A stretch of DNA of 64,000 bases from Bacteroidia bacterium (GCA_025454955.1 JALONL010000026.1:24-64023), one strand, 5' to 3'. Positions 39,719 to 49,700 are shown, numbered from the stretch's first letter. Translations and numbers: made by a program. Notes: a model not told the origin generated them from the sequence alone.

Positions 39719-41281
39719 TTACGCCGCTAAGGGTAAAAACTGAATAGGTGTTACCTGTGCAGGGCTATCTATTCCGTTCATTCCGTTTACGGCTTTCTGT
39801 TGTTTTTGCTTGCTTAAATAATTATACCCGCCCCAAGCAAGCAGGGCAATCGCAGTAAGCCCTAAAACGGCTGTTCCGGGGTTCTGCTTTACCCATTCAA
39901 TCGGGCTATCGGTAAATTTCACCGGTTCGGGTTCAGGCTCTTTTGCACCTGCGTTTCCCGGTGTTCTCAGGTTGGTGTTTTCTTCGGGTGTAATACTTTC
40001 AGAAACTGCGTTTGCATTGTCGCTGTTAGCATCACCGTTACGGATAGCACCAATTTTTTTGAGCAGTTCGTTTAGTGTCGCAATGGCGGCACTGGCTGCG
40101 GTTAATGCAGCCGCCGTAATCGGTTCACCCAAACCATTTAAAGCCGTTGGATTTTCCCGTGCAAACAAATCTTCTCCCAATACTTCACTTAGTTGAGCAG
40201 TGGTTAAATCACCGAAACCAGAAAAGATAAGCCCGCTTACTTCTTTTGCTTCGTTGCCTTTACCGGTTAAAATAGCTTCGCGCAAATTTTCTTTCATGCC
40301 ACCGGCACTATAAAAAATTGCCTCCAACTTATCCCTAACCGTTTTTGCCTTTTCCCAACGTTCCATATTTAAGCCCTTTTGCCGGGCTTGTTCCGGTGTG
40401 AGGTATGTCCATTTCAACCGACCTGCTACATTCAACACGTTTAATTTCATTGAAGCAAGCAGACCGTTTCGCAGTAATACAGTAGCCGGGTTTGCCCGGT
40501 TAACAGCGTGAACAACTTTCTTAATACCGCCGCCTTTTTCTTTGGGTTCGTCCTTTTGCTTTTCCTTCCGGTTAAACAATTTGAGTTTTCCCAAATCTTC
40601 ATTTTCGGTAGCTGTACCTTGAAAGCTGTTTTGTCCTTCTTCCTCGTTATACCAATAGGAATTTTTAAAATCGTATTGGTCAACGCCGTTTAAATATTGC
40701 AGTTCCATTATTAAATGGTCTTCTTTATCAGTATATGGCTCTTCGTAGTCGAAATATTCAGTAACACAATCAATAATGATCTGTTCGCCGCCAATGGTTT
40801 TTACCACCGGGTAAATGTGCTGAAATCCTATTCCCCCGTATTTTGTAATCCGATTAACTACTAAGAATTTCCAACGGGTTAGCTTTTGTACGTTCATCAG
40901 CACACTATCTATGAATGTGGTAAAGCAATCGCAATCGCCGTAACCATCACTAAACAGCCGTGCAGGACTTCTTACCTGTTCTTTTCCCGTTTGGTCTTTC
41001 TCATAGCGGATATGCGAATAAATCCAAACCCAAATTGCTTCACACGTTTGCCGAAGTGTAGGCCGCAAAATGTAGCGGGCGAAACGTTCAGATTCCGGCA
41101 ATGTGTTTTTTACAATCGTTTTAATTAATGCAAGTGTATCGGGTATGTCTGCATCTTTAGAAACTGTAATTATTTCACCTTTTGAGGGTAAAAATAAATC
41201 AGCATATCGGGTTCTGTTTTTCAGCACACGGCGGGCGGTTACTGTTCCGGCATTACCGAGCCAGTTGTTAACCGTTTCCAT
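39719..41281 (-). CDS. Transglutaminase-like (Cys-His-Asp) protein with C-terminal TM; candidate maturation protease
   Basis: IW.WI...IRY..D...EQVRSPAR...GDCDC, FQHIYP, IIIDC; TM near the C-terminus. Confidence 0.72.
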   Translation of the reverse strand: METVNNWLGNAGTVTARRVLKNRTRYADLFLPSKGEIITVSKDADIPDTLALIKTIVKNTLPESERFARYILRPTLRQTCEAIWVWIYSHIRYEKDQTGKEQVRSPARLFSDGYGDCDCFTTFIDSVLMNVQKLTRWKFLVVNRITKYGGIGFQHIYPVVKTIGGEQIIIDCVTEYFDYEEPYTDKEDHLIMELQYLNGVDQYDFKNSYWYNEEEGQNSFQGTATENEDLGKLKLFNRKEKQKDEPKEKGGGIKKVVHAVNRANPATVLLRNGLLASMKLNVLNVAGRLKWTYLTPEQARQKGLNMERWEKAKTVRDKLEAIFYSAGGMKENLREAILTGKGNEAKEVSGLIFSGFGDLTTAQLSEVLGEDLFARENPTALNGLGEPITAAALTAASAAIATLNELLKKIGAIRNGDANSDNANAVSESITPEENTNLRTPGNAGAKEPEPEPVKFTDSPIEWVKQNPGTAVLGLTAIALLAWGGYNYLSKQKQQKAVNGMNGIDSPAQVTPIQFLPLAA

Positions 41282-41768
41282 CACTTGAATTTTTAATCAG
41301 CGTTATCGGGAACAGCCATTCTTTACGTTTGGAAATCGTACCGAATAAAAGCCGTGCAAAGCAGATCACCTTTACCTGAATTTGTAAACCGGCTTTGCCA
41401 TCTTTTAAGGCTTTAAATACTTCTATACCTAAAGCCAAAACCTGTGCAAGCGGTATTACAATTTCAAGCGGTTTTAGCGCCTGTTCCGATTGTGCTGTTA
41501 ACTGTATTTCTGAATTATCCGACTGTGACGTGCCGAGCGTGACGTTTGCCTGACTGAGCAGGGTTAAAAAAGGATAGCTGAACGTAAAATCTGAACGTGT
41601 CGGGTTCTTTAGTAACACGTTCAACAGTACGTGTACACCGTCCGTTTTTATGCTGTGCAAACGTCCGGTTACAATTACCTGTATTTCGTCTGCATCCTTT
41701 TTTAACCGGCTTACATATCCTGCGGCCAACGCCCCGCCCCCTGCAAGTACAAGCAATGCGGGTAACAT
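41268..41768 (-). CDS. Membrane-anchored LEA_2/WHy-like protein
   Basis: N-terminal TM, LNVLLKNPT motif, beta-rich body. Confidence 0.55.
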   Translation of the reverse strand: MLPALLVLAGGGALAAGYVSRLKKDADEIQVIVTGRLHSIKTDGVHVLLNVLLKNPTRSDFTFSYPFLTLLSQANVTLGTSQSDNSEIQLTAQSEQALKPLEIVIPLAQVLALGIEVFKALKDGKAGLQIQVKVICFARLLFGTISKRKEWLFPITLIKNSSDGNG

Positions 41769-41774
41769 GATTTT

Positions 41775-42002
41775 TCAGTTTTGGTTTTTGTTTTCGTCGT
41801 TGTTGTCGCCGCGTTTACGGGCGTTCTGGTGTTTGAGATAATCCGCCCACACCTGAAAAGTGAGCCAAACCACGCCACCGATAACCGTTTTTAATACATA
41901 GATCAAAAGGGTTTCATCGGGGTTAATGGTCAAAAAATTAAATACAGCTCCGAAAACTAAAGCTGTCCACACCGTACCGAGTTGATTAATTAGCGTATTC
42001 AT
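41775..42002 (-). CDS. Small two-TM protein (holin-like), first gene of the structural cluster
   Basis: Two hydrophobic helices and a charged C-terminal tail. Confidence 0.55.
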   Translation of the reverse strand: MNTLINQLGTVWTALVFGAVFNFLTINPDETLLIYVLKTVIGGVVWLTFQVWADYLKHQNARKRGDNNDENKNQN

Positions 42003-42050
42003 AGAGCAAATATGTAGTGCAGCATTTAGGGGGCTGTCGCGGTTATGCTC

Positions 42051-42130
42051 TGTTTGGCGGGATATGTCCCGTTAATGCGCGATGTGGCGTAATACGTCGT
42101 TATATGGCGGGATTTGGCGGGATATTGGGG
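42051..42130. repeat. Array of 10-bp-phased degenerate direct repeats upstream of the structural cluster
   Basis: tgtttggcgg/gatatgtccc/gttaatgcgc/gatgtggcgt/aatacgtcgt/tatatggcgg/gatttggcgg/gatattgggg. Confidence 0.7.
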
Positions 42131-42182
42131 TTAATGATTATTCATTTAATGAAGTATCTTTAATTTCTATTAAGTAAATCCT

Positions 42183-42722
42183 ATGGAGACAGCAATATTA
42201 ACAACAATCATTAGCGCAATACCGGCAACATTATTAGCCGTTTATTCACTTATTCGGGTGCGCAAAAATTCAAAAGAGGTTGAAAAATTTAAAGCTAAGT
42301 ATCAACGAACTAATTTTACTCATCAATTACAGTTTCAAAAGGAGTTCAATATTTATTCTGAACTATGGGAACTTACAATTAAATTAATTGATTCAATTTC
42401 AAAACTTACAAGGACAGATAATAGGGGCAATCTTCAAAATTCAATACAATTAGTCGATTTACTATTTCAAGCTAACATAGATCTGAAAAAATACATTTTA
42501 GTTAATAAGCCTTTTTTTTCGGAAACTATTCATAAAGAACTAAAAGATACAAGTATGTGGATTTCTCGCGCAATTAAAATTCTGGCAGAAAGATCAAACA
42601 TTACAGAAAATGAGTTCAATAGTAAAGTAAATGAATTAGAAAAGGAACTTGACTTACTTGCCGAAAAAATATCACTCGCAATAAAAAATCGAATTACAAT
42701 AAACGATGAGGCACACAATTAG
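42183..42722 (+). CDS. Very AT-rich accessory protein with N-terminal TM
   Basis: 179-aa helical ORF on the opposite strand to its neighbours. Confidence 0.7.
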   Translation: METAILTTIISAIPATLLAVYSLIRVRKNSKEVEKFKAKYQRTNFTHQLQFQKEFNIYSELWELTIKLIDSISKLTRTDNRGNLQNSIQLVDLLFQANIDLKKYILVNKPFFSETIHKELKDTSMWISRAIKILAERSNITENEFNSKVNELEKELDLLAEKISLAIKNRITINDEAHN

Positions 42723-42731
42723 TTTAATTAA

Positions 42732-43034
42732 TTACCGGTGTAGGAACTTTTCTAAATCATATTTTTCGATCAGTTCATTGATATAACCGTGTTTCTCTAA
42801 CCACAAATAGGATTTGTAGTACTTGCTCGGCGGCATATACACCGTGAAAATAATTAGCTGTTGAACAGGGGTGTAATAATGTCCTTCTTTTTTCCCTGTT
42901 GCATCTTGCATTCTCAAACGCTGAAACGTTCGCTGAAGTGTACGTATAGGGGTGTTGTACAATTCAGATAAGCCCGGCATGTGAATTTTTTCCGTAGGGA
43001 AAGGGAGTTCAGAGGGCATATTTTCGGGGTACAT
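42732..43034 (-). CDS. Small winged-HTH DNA-binding protein (DUF4248/MerR/Xis-like)
   Basis: GLSELYNTPIRTLQRTF...YYTPVQQLIIF pattern. Confidence 0.55.
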   Translation of the reverse strand: MYPENMPSELPFPTEKIHMPGLSELYNTPIRTLQRTFQRLRMQDATGKKEGHYYTPVQQLIIFTVYMPPSKYYKSYLWLEKHGYINELIEKYDLEKFLHR

Positions 43035-43372
43035 AATTTGTTCATTTTAGGGTGTCTGTTTTTTTGTTACTGCTTAGTAATTAGGGGAGGGTTAAAGCGG
43101 GGTAATCTTAAAACATATACCGGTTAGGATTTTAGTTTTTGTTCCTTAACGTTCCATTAACGTTTGACGGTACAGAATGTTACTTGTTGGAAATGCTAAA
43201 TTTTCCAAAAACAAGACGTTAAAAAAATTATTCCGTTTGCTCAGGCGAGTGTTTGACAGGCATTTTTGTAGCGTTTTTATGTGTGTTTGTTGTACTGTAT
43301 TTATCGTAGTTAGTGCAAAATGATGATAGAGTTATCAATTAATGATTGTGAAATTATATCCTTATTGTATGC

Positions 43373-43416
43373 AGTGAGTACGGAGTGAGTGCGGAGTGAG
43401 TACGGAGTGAGTGCCG
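43373..43416. repeat. Four tandem 11-bp repeats AGTGAGTRCGG
   Basis: agtgagtacgg/agtgagtgcgg/agtgagtacgg/agtgagtgccg next to AT-rich DNA. Confidence 0.85.
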
Positions 43417-43515
43417 GAAACACCAGTAAATACAAGCACCTGTTTTTTGCTTTGATCTGAATTGTAATAGAAATATCCAGTATTCATAGGGGGAAAACGG
43501 GTTTTTAGGCGTTTA

Positions 43516-44049
43516 TCAATTAAAAATGAATTGTTCGGAATGGTGCAGGGTACAATAACTTCCGATTTGTTCTAAACCCTTTTGCAAGGCATACACACTA
43601 ACCAAAAGTTCACCCGGTAAATCGCTTTCCCGTTTTCCTGATTTTTCAGTTTTATTGATCTGTTTTAGGAATAAGAAATACAGTTCACGCAGTACATAAA
43701 ATTTCCAAACCATACGCTGAATGTATTGCCGGTTTACCGGTGGATAATCCATTGTTAGCGTGTAATCTTTTGCGACATCTTCTAATTTGGTTTGCATTTC
43801 AGCCGGGGTATCACCATTTGCGCGACAAGCTGCGGTAATAAAAAGAAGATCATCTAACCGGCGATCATTTACATACTGTTTAATACTGTGATATAAATTA
43901 CTTGCTTGGTTACATATCCAGTCTAATTCGGTTGCAAAATTGGTACGCACTCGCTGTAAACGATTGTACAAAAGATGTGCTGCACGGTTTACGTTTACAT
44001 TGAATTGGTCTAATTCTGCCGGGACGTAATTTGCTGCTGCTGCTGACAT
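43516..44049 (-). CDS. Hypothetical helical protein
   Basis: 177-aa ORF with no recognised motif. Confidence 0.65.
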   Translation of the reverse strand: MSAAAANYVPAELDQFNVNVNRAAHLLYNRLQRVRTNFATELDWICNQASNLYHSIKQYVNDRRLDDLLFITAACRANGDTPAEMQTKLEDVAKDYTLTMDYPPVNRQYIQRMVWKFYVLRELYFLFLKQINKTEKSGKRESDLPGELLVSVYALQKGLEQIGSYCTLHHSEQFIFN

Positions 44050-44130
44050 AGGTAGTAGTTTGTTATTTGGGTTAGTTCTTTGGTTTTCTTAACACAAAGT
44101 ACCGGGCTTTTCTCTTTGGTTTTTAGAGCA

Positions 44131-44220
44131 TATCGCGCAGCTTTGCGACATTCTGCGCCAAATCGCGCCAAATTGCGCCAACTGATGCAAATACAGGCCA
44201 AAGCCCGCCATTTAGCGACC
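44131..44220. repeat. Second 10-bp-phased repeat array (GCGCCA core)
   Basis: tatcgcgcag/ctttgcgaca/ttctgcgcca/aatcgcgcca/aattgcgcca ... aagcccgcca/tttagcgacc. Confidence 0.7.
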
Positions 44221-44296
44221 TTAATAAATCAAATGAGATTAGTAATTGAAAAATGAAAGTCGCAACAAAAAATATTTTTCGAGTAAAAAACCGAGC

Positions 44297-44340
44297 AAAA
44301 AAAAACGGCAGAACGCTAACCCCTTAACGTTCCGCCGTTT
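44297..44340 (-). terminator. Terminator hairpin whose loop carries a 16-nt motif shared with 46399..46414
   Basis: Minus strand reads AAACGGCGGAACG-TTAAGGGGTTAG-CGTTCTGCCGTTT followed by a T-run. Confidence 0.7.
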
Positions 44341-44483
44341 TAAAAACACCGCTTGTAACTGAGAGAAACAGCGGATTTCGACAGTAGTTTAATAACGCTG
44401 AAATACTTGTTTAGTTTCTTCGCTTTGATAGCCGGTTGAATTTTAGCTATAACCGGAAAGAAATTTCTGTTAGTTGGTTTAGC

Positions 44484-44750
44484 TTATAGGTCTTTAAGCA
44501 GTTCTGAAACAGATATTTTTAATGCGTCCGCAACCTTAAACAAGGTTGATACTGTCAGATTATATCCGTTTTCAAAACGGTTTATCCGTGAAGGTTCAAA
44601 ACCGCTATCAATAGCAAATTTAAAAGCACTGGAATAGCCGTTCGCTTTTCGCTGCTGGCGTATGCGTTCACCAATAATTTTTAGCCTTTCCTTTTCACTC
44701 AGAACTGCAACGGTCTTACCGGGTGTTTCGGACTTTTTAGATTTTGCCAT
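44484..44750 (-). CDS. XRE-family HTH transcriptional regulator
   Basis: IGERIRQQRKANGYSS...FA...INRFENG.NLT..TLFKVADAL.IS.SELL. ATG at 44750. Confidence 0.85.
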   Translation of the reverse strand: MAKSKKSETPGKTVAVLSEKERLKIIGERIRQQRKANGYSSAFKFAIDSGFEPSRINRFENGYNLTVSTLFKVADALKISVSELLKDL

Positions 44751-44866
44751 ACCACAAAACAAATAAGACATTGCCGAATTTAAAACGTCATATATGTACA
44801 TTACACATAAATAAACATATATTTGTAAAACACATATACGGCAATATTAATTAAAACCATCGCGCA

Positions 44867-45532
44867 ATGACAAACCAAAAAAAATTATCAAAAAGTCCCC
44901 GATCAGCGACAACCGAAATTCAGCAACATTCAGTAAATGAATTAATTAAACTAACTATTGGTATTGATTATGAGATACAGCCCCGTTATCTATTATTAGC
45001 AATGCGACTAATGAGTTTCGGTTATTCAACTTGGCTGCATTCACCAAAATGCAAACTACCAGAAACATATAAAAAAGTTATCCGGCATTATCGGGACACC
45101 CTGAACGATAACCCGGATTTATTCCAAAATACCAGATTGAACGGCTATAACCGTGCCGGACTGAATATTTTAAACTATTACCCTGACTATCAAAACTGGC
45201 TCTATTCGTTAACAGATTCAGAGGAACTTTACCACAGTCCGCACTATGAAAAATACCGGCTTATTTCTTCGCCGTTAAAATTTTGCCCTTACCTGACAAA
45301 AGAAAGTGCAATTAGAATGCGAAATGCGGGCATTTATTCGCTTTATCAAATGCTGTTGACACTTACCTATCCCGAAATACGCGAACGTGCGTATATCTCA
45401 AAAAAAGAGGCTCAAAAGTTGTTCCCCCGGCTTTACAGGCTCGGCTTGTTACCGGCAGCAGAAAAAAAGGATTTGATCGTTTCAGCAGATCAATTAAGCG
45501 ATGCTGTTTTTGAATTAACGGCTAAACTGTAA
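44867..45532 (+). CDS. Hypothetical protein with RNA polymerase alpha-CTD-like C-terminus
   Basis: LTKESAIRMRNAGIYSLYQML...EI...ISKKEAQKL...LYRLGL resembles the alpha-CTD helix-hairpin-helix pattern. Confidence 0.5.
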   Translation: MTNQKKLSKSPRSATTEIQQHSVNELIKLTIGIDYEIQPRYLLLAMRLMSFGYSTWLHSPKCKLPETYKKVIRHYRDTLNDNPDLFQNTRLNGYNRAGLNILNYYPDYQNWLYSLTDSEELYHSPHYEKYRLISSPLKFCPYLTKESAIRMRNAGIYSLYQMLLTLTYPEIRERAYISKKEAQKLFPRLYRLGLLPAAEKKDLIVSADQLSDAVFELTAKL

Positions 45533-45706
45533 CCAGAAGATGAAACAGAAAGCAAGCCCCCAAAATCAAACCGTATGCTGTTTGAATATAAAATCTAAAC
45601 AACTACGCCCGCGAAATTGCGACGGGTTTTGTTGCTTATACTGCGTGAATGTTCGTAGTGAGTTTGCTGCATCTTTTCCAGTTGTTAAACCTGTAAAAGC
45701 GAAAAA

Positions 45707-45976
45707 ATGAAACGCGGCCCGAAACCTAAAAATTTGGATAAAGACACCGAAACGGTTTTTAAACAAATAGGAAAACATATCCGGCAACTACGCAAAGCCA
45801 AAGGGTATAGCAGCCACGAACTATTTGCATACGATCACGGTTTTGCACGGGCGCAGTATCTCAGCTATGAGAACGGGCGAAATATGGAGTTATACTCCTT
45901 AATGAAAGTTGCAGCAGCGTTTGAAATGGATTTAAAAACCTTTTTTGATACGCTGCCTGTTGAGCGGAAAGACTAA
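45707..45976 (+). CDS. XRE-family HTH transcriptional regulator
   Basis: IGKHIRQLRKAKGYSSHELFA...QY.SYENG.NM..YSLMKVA.AF; paralog of 44484..44750. Confidence 0.85.
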   Translation: MKRGPKPKNLDKDTETVFKQIGKHIRQLRKAKGYSSHELFAYDHGFARAQYLSYENGRNMELYSLMKVAAAFEMDLKTFFDTLPVERKD

Positions 45977-46113
45977 GGTTTTTAAATTAATTTTTGTTAT
46001 CTATTGACATTCGGGGGTAAATCAACTTAAATTTAGCCCCGAAATCAAAAACTAAATGCCTATCGGATAAACCCGGTTTTAACATATCGTTCAGCGTTGA
46101 TGCTGTTTTTCTT

Positions 46114-46219
46114 TTACGGAAATCTGGTAAATTTTAAAGAGAGAAGAAAACAAGCTATCACGCTCGCGCACGGCGCGGGCGTGGCTTGTTTCTCTCGCGG
46201 CTTACCAGAGCCTCCGTAA
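46114..46219 (+). ncRNA. Candidate structured leader RNA (long interrupted hairpin)
   Basis: Nested pairs TTACGGA/TCCGTAA, TCTGGTAA/TTACCAGA, GAGAGAA/TTCTCTC, AACAAGC/GCTTGTT and CACGCTCGCGC/GCGCGGGCGTG. Confidence 0.45.
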
Positions 46220-46728
46220 GAACAAACCACTAACCCGCGCCCCTATTTTTTGGGTATGCGGAAATATAAAATACAACACCCAAAACTGAGAATATCCCCA
46301 AATCTGCCGATAAAATTTTTGTATTACAATCCTGAACTTTCGCCCCCCGGAATGTGCAGGGGTATAACATACCCGGAGGGGACGACCGTGTGCAACTGAC
46401 GTTAAGGGGTTAGCCTCAGTGCGGCTGTAATTTTTTTATAGTCGCGGCACACGGTTATTTCAATTCTACGTCTATTGCCTGTTATCGTAAAAAGTAAATC
46501 ACTTAAAACAGAAAAACGATGCTGTAAAACCGCCCCGCATACTTCATAATATTAGCTGAACCTTTTGCACGTCAGAAACGGCATCCCAGAAACCGTTTAA
46601 CGTAAACCATTGCCCGGCGCACATCTTGACCTCCCCGCTCCGGCATCCCTGTACGTTTATGCTCACTTGAATTTGATAACCAAACCGGAATAGTTATTCC
46701 GGTGTAACACACTTATTCAATTCTTACG

Positions 46729-49700
46729 ATGAAAAAACCAAATCAACCTGCTGCGGGGTTAATCCGCAGCCTGTTTGTACTGCTTTCTATTTTAGTTTGG
46801 AGTGCAAATAGTAAAGCGCAAAACTCCTGTTCTACGGCTGTGCAAATTACAGCAGCAAACAACGGGGCAACGTTTCAGCAAACAAATGAAAATAGTTGGT
46901 ATTCGTTTACTGCAACAACAGGAATACAACAAATAACAATTCGTAATCACTACAATAACACGTTTCCCGGTCAAGTTGCAACAGTTGCAGTTTATAGCGG
47001 TAACTGTTCAACTTTAAACCTTCTTGAGATTCAAAGCGCACCGTTTAATCCGAATAATCCGCTTGCTGATACCTCAATAATTATTGTAATTGATAGTTTG
47101 CAAATTGGTTCACAGTATTACATAAAAACGATACTGAAAAATCAAGATGCTGCCGATTACAGTGTAACAGTTTCAACAACGGTATTAAGTCCTTGTGCAA
47201 ATTGGGATATTCAAACTCCAATTTATGTAGCTCCCGGTAGTTCAATAAATAATTATTTTTCACTTGGTTGGTTTGGATACTTTTCAGGTCAAAATACCTT
47301 TTATATGGCTGCTCAGGTAATAAGCGGTAATTTAGGTATTACAAATTTACGTATCGACTGGGAGGCTTGCGATGGTAACTTTTACACAGCCAATAATACA
47401 ATTTCTCAAACATTAACTGCGGGGCCACTCACTTGTATAACTGGTACTACGACGTTTTATTTAGATGGTAACGTAGCGGCAAATGCAAATGTAGGTGAGC
47501 AACTTTGTATTAAAGTATGGGTATATGATTTATTGGCACAGTTAATTTGCGAAAAAGAATTTTGTATTGAAGTTTGTGCTGATTTAGCAAATGCGGGACA
47601 AGATCAAACAATTTGCCGGGGAGAATGCGTTACACTTACCGGCGAAAATGCAGATAGTTTTGTATGGTATGACGGTTCAACAAACCAACCTTTAGATACC
47701 GGATTGACATTTACAGTTTGTCCAAATCAAACAACGACTTATTATGTTATTCCAGTATCGGGTTTTACTTGTACGGCAGCTAAAGATTATGTAACAGTTT
47801 TTGTAACTCCTGTTCCTAATGTTTTGATAGTTCCTGACTTTTCGCAAATCTGCATAAATGCCGAATTTCAGTTGCAAGCTATAACACAAGGTACACCCGA
47901 TCCGTGGGTGTGGACGTGTAGCAATAGTTCAAATGTCATCAACTGCGTTACGAATGATTGCGGTGTAATTTCATCACAAACAACAGGAACAGCTACCTAT
48001 ACTGCAACTACATATTTTCAGGATATAGGTTGTTATGGCTCTGCAAGTTTTACAGTTAATCCGGTATTGCCTCCTACTGTTAATGCAGGTAATGATATTG
48101 ATATATGTTTAGGACACCCGGTAACACTTACCGGTAGTGCGTCTGGAGTGTACGATCAAACATTTTGGCAAACAAACGTTTCCCCGCAGCTTTGTACCAA
48201 CTGCACAACAGTTACAACAACACCAACACCGGGAACACAATATGCCGTCTTTACGGTAACAAGTTCTCAAACTGAATGCGTAGCCACAGATACCGCACTG
48301 ATTAATATTACACAACTTCCGGGCGTTACTTTAGTGCCGTTACTTGGTTCAAATGCAAATATTCTTTGCGCAAATGTCGCCTATACAGTAAACGGTGCGC
48401 CAGCAGGTTCTACCATTGTTTGGACACATACCGCAAATGCAAACGTTAGCGCGTCACAATCAGCACCAAATATTTATTCCGTTAATTGGGGACAATCAAA
48501 TGCTACAACTGGAACAGTGCAAGCTACCGTAACAGCACCCGACGGCTGTATGGCGTTGCTACAATTACCTGTTTCAATTAGCTGTTGTTCTACAATTTCG
48601 AGCGAAACAATTATTGAATTGAATAACCAATCTTCCGGTTATTTACTGGCAAATATTGATTCTCTTTGCCCGAATTGTGTAGTTAACGGAAATCAGATTA
48701 CACAGCCCATCGCGCAAACAATCTTTATCAATATCAATGGGGTGTTTACTATTGATGCTCCTTTGATGCTTACCGGATTTAGTGAAATCCGTATGGGCAC
48801 AAATGCCAGTATAAATATTATTTCCGGCAGTGCTTTAGAACTAAGAAACTGTACAACGTCAACCTATTGCGGTGTAATGTGGGATGGTATTTATATTAAC
48901 GGTTCTTCAACGACCTTAAAAGTAAATACTAACACAATGCTGCAACAGGCCAGAAATGCTATTGTATCAGTAAACGGTGGCCGTTACGTTGTTTCAGATA
49001 CCCGGTTTAGAGATTGTGTAAAAGGTATTTGGGTGAAACCATTTGCAACGGCTCACAGTGGTACGGTGCAATCTTCCGTTTTTGAAATGCCGGGTACTTT
49101 CTTACCTGCTGTTCCTGCATTACCTGCATCTACAACTAAAACACTTGCCGGTATTGAAATTGAACAAGTAAACGGCTTAATCGTTGGTAATGCTTCACAA
49201 GCTAATTTTAGAAATACATTTACCGGTTTGTTTAAAGGTGTATTTGCAACCGCGTCAAACTCTACAATATTAAATGCAGAGTTTACAAACTTAGTCGCTA
49301 CAAATTCAGTAGCTATGAGCGGCACAGCTATACATTGTCAAGGGTTAAAAAATATTCCGTACCTGCAAAGTATTACCGTAGGCGGGACATCTGCAAATAT
49401 GTCTTGCCGCGTTAATAATTCACGTCGCGGTGTTGTGGTTAACCTTGCTCATAATGTCAACATAACCGGAAACAGTTTTACAAATTTCAACAACTGGTTT
49501 GCCAGTCCTGCCGTTGGTATCGCCGTAAATAATTGTCAGGGGCGTACAATTCAAATTCAGAACAATAGAATTTCAAATGCAACGGCTGCAAATCGTTTAC
49601 CTGTTGGGATTAATGTAACTGATGTAAACGGCTCTACTGTAAATATTCTGAATAACCGACTACTACAATGCAACAGTGCTGCTAATAATTACGCAGAACA

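Noticed and set aside
43373-43416. Possible CRISPR array at the short repeats (also 14939..15204 and 42051..42130)
   Set aside because: Units are 6-11 bp and contiguous, with no unique spacers and no cas genes.
30312-45976. Conventional tailed prophage, or ICE/conjugative transposon
   Set aside because: No recognisable terminase, portal, HK97 capsid, tail, tape measure, relaxase, VirB4/TraG or integrase, and no tRNA att site.
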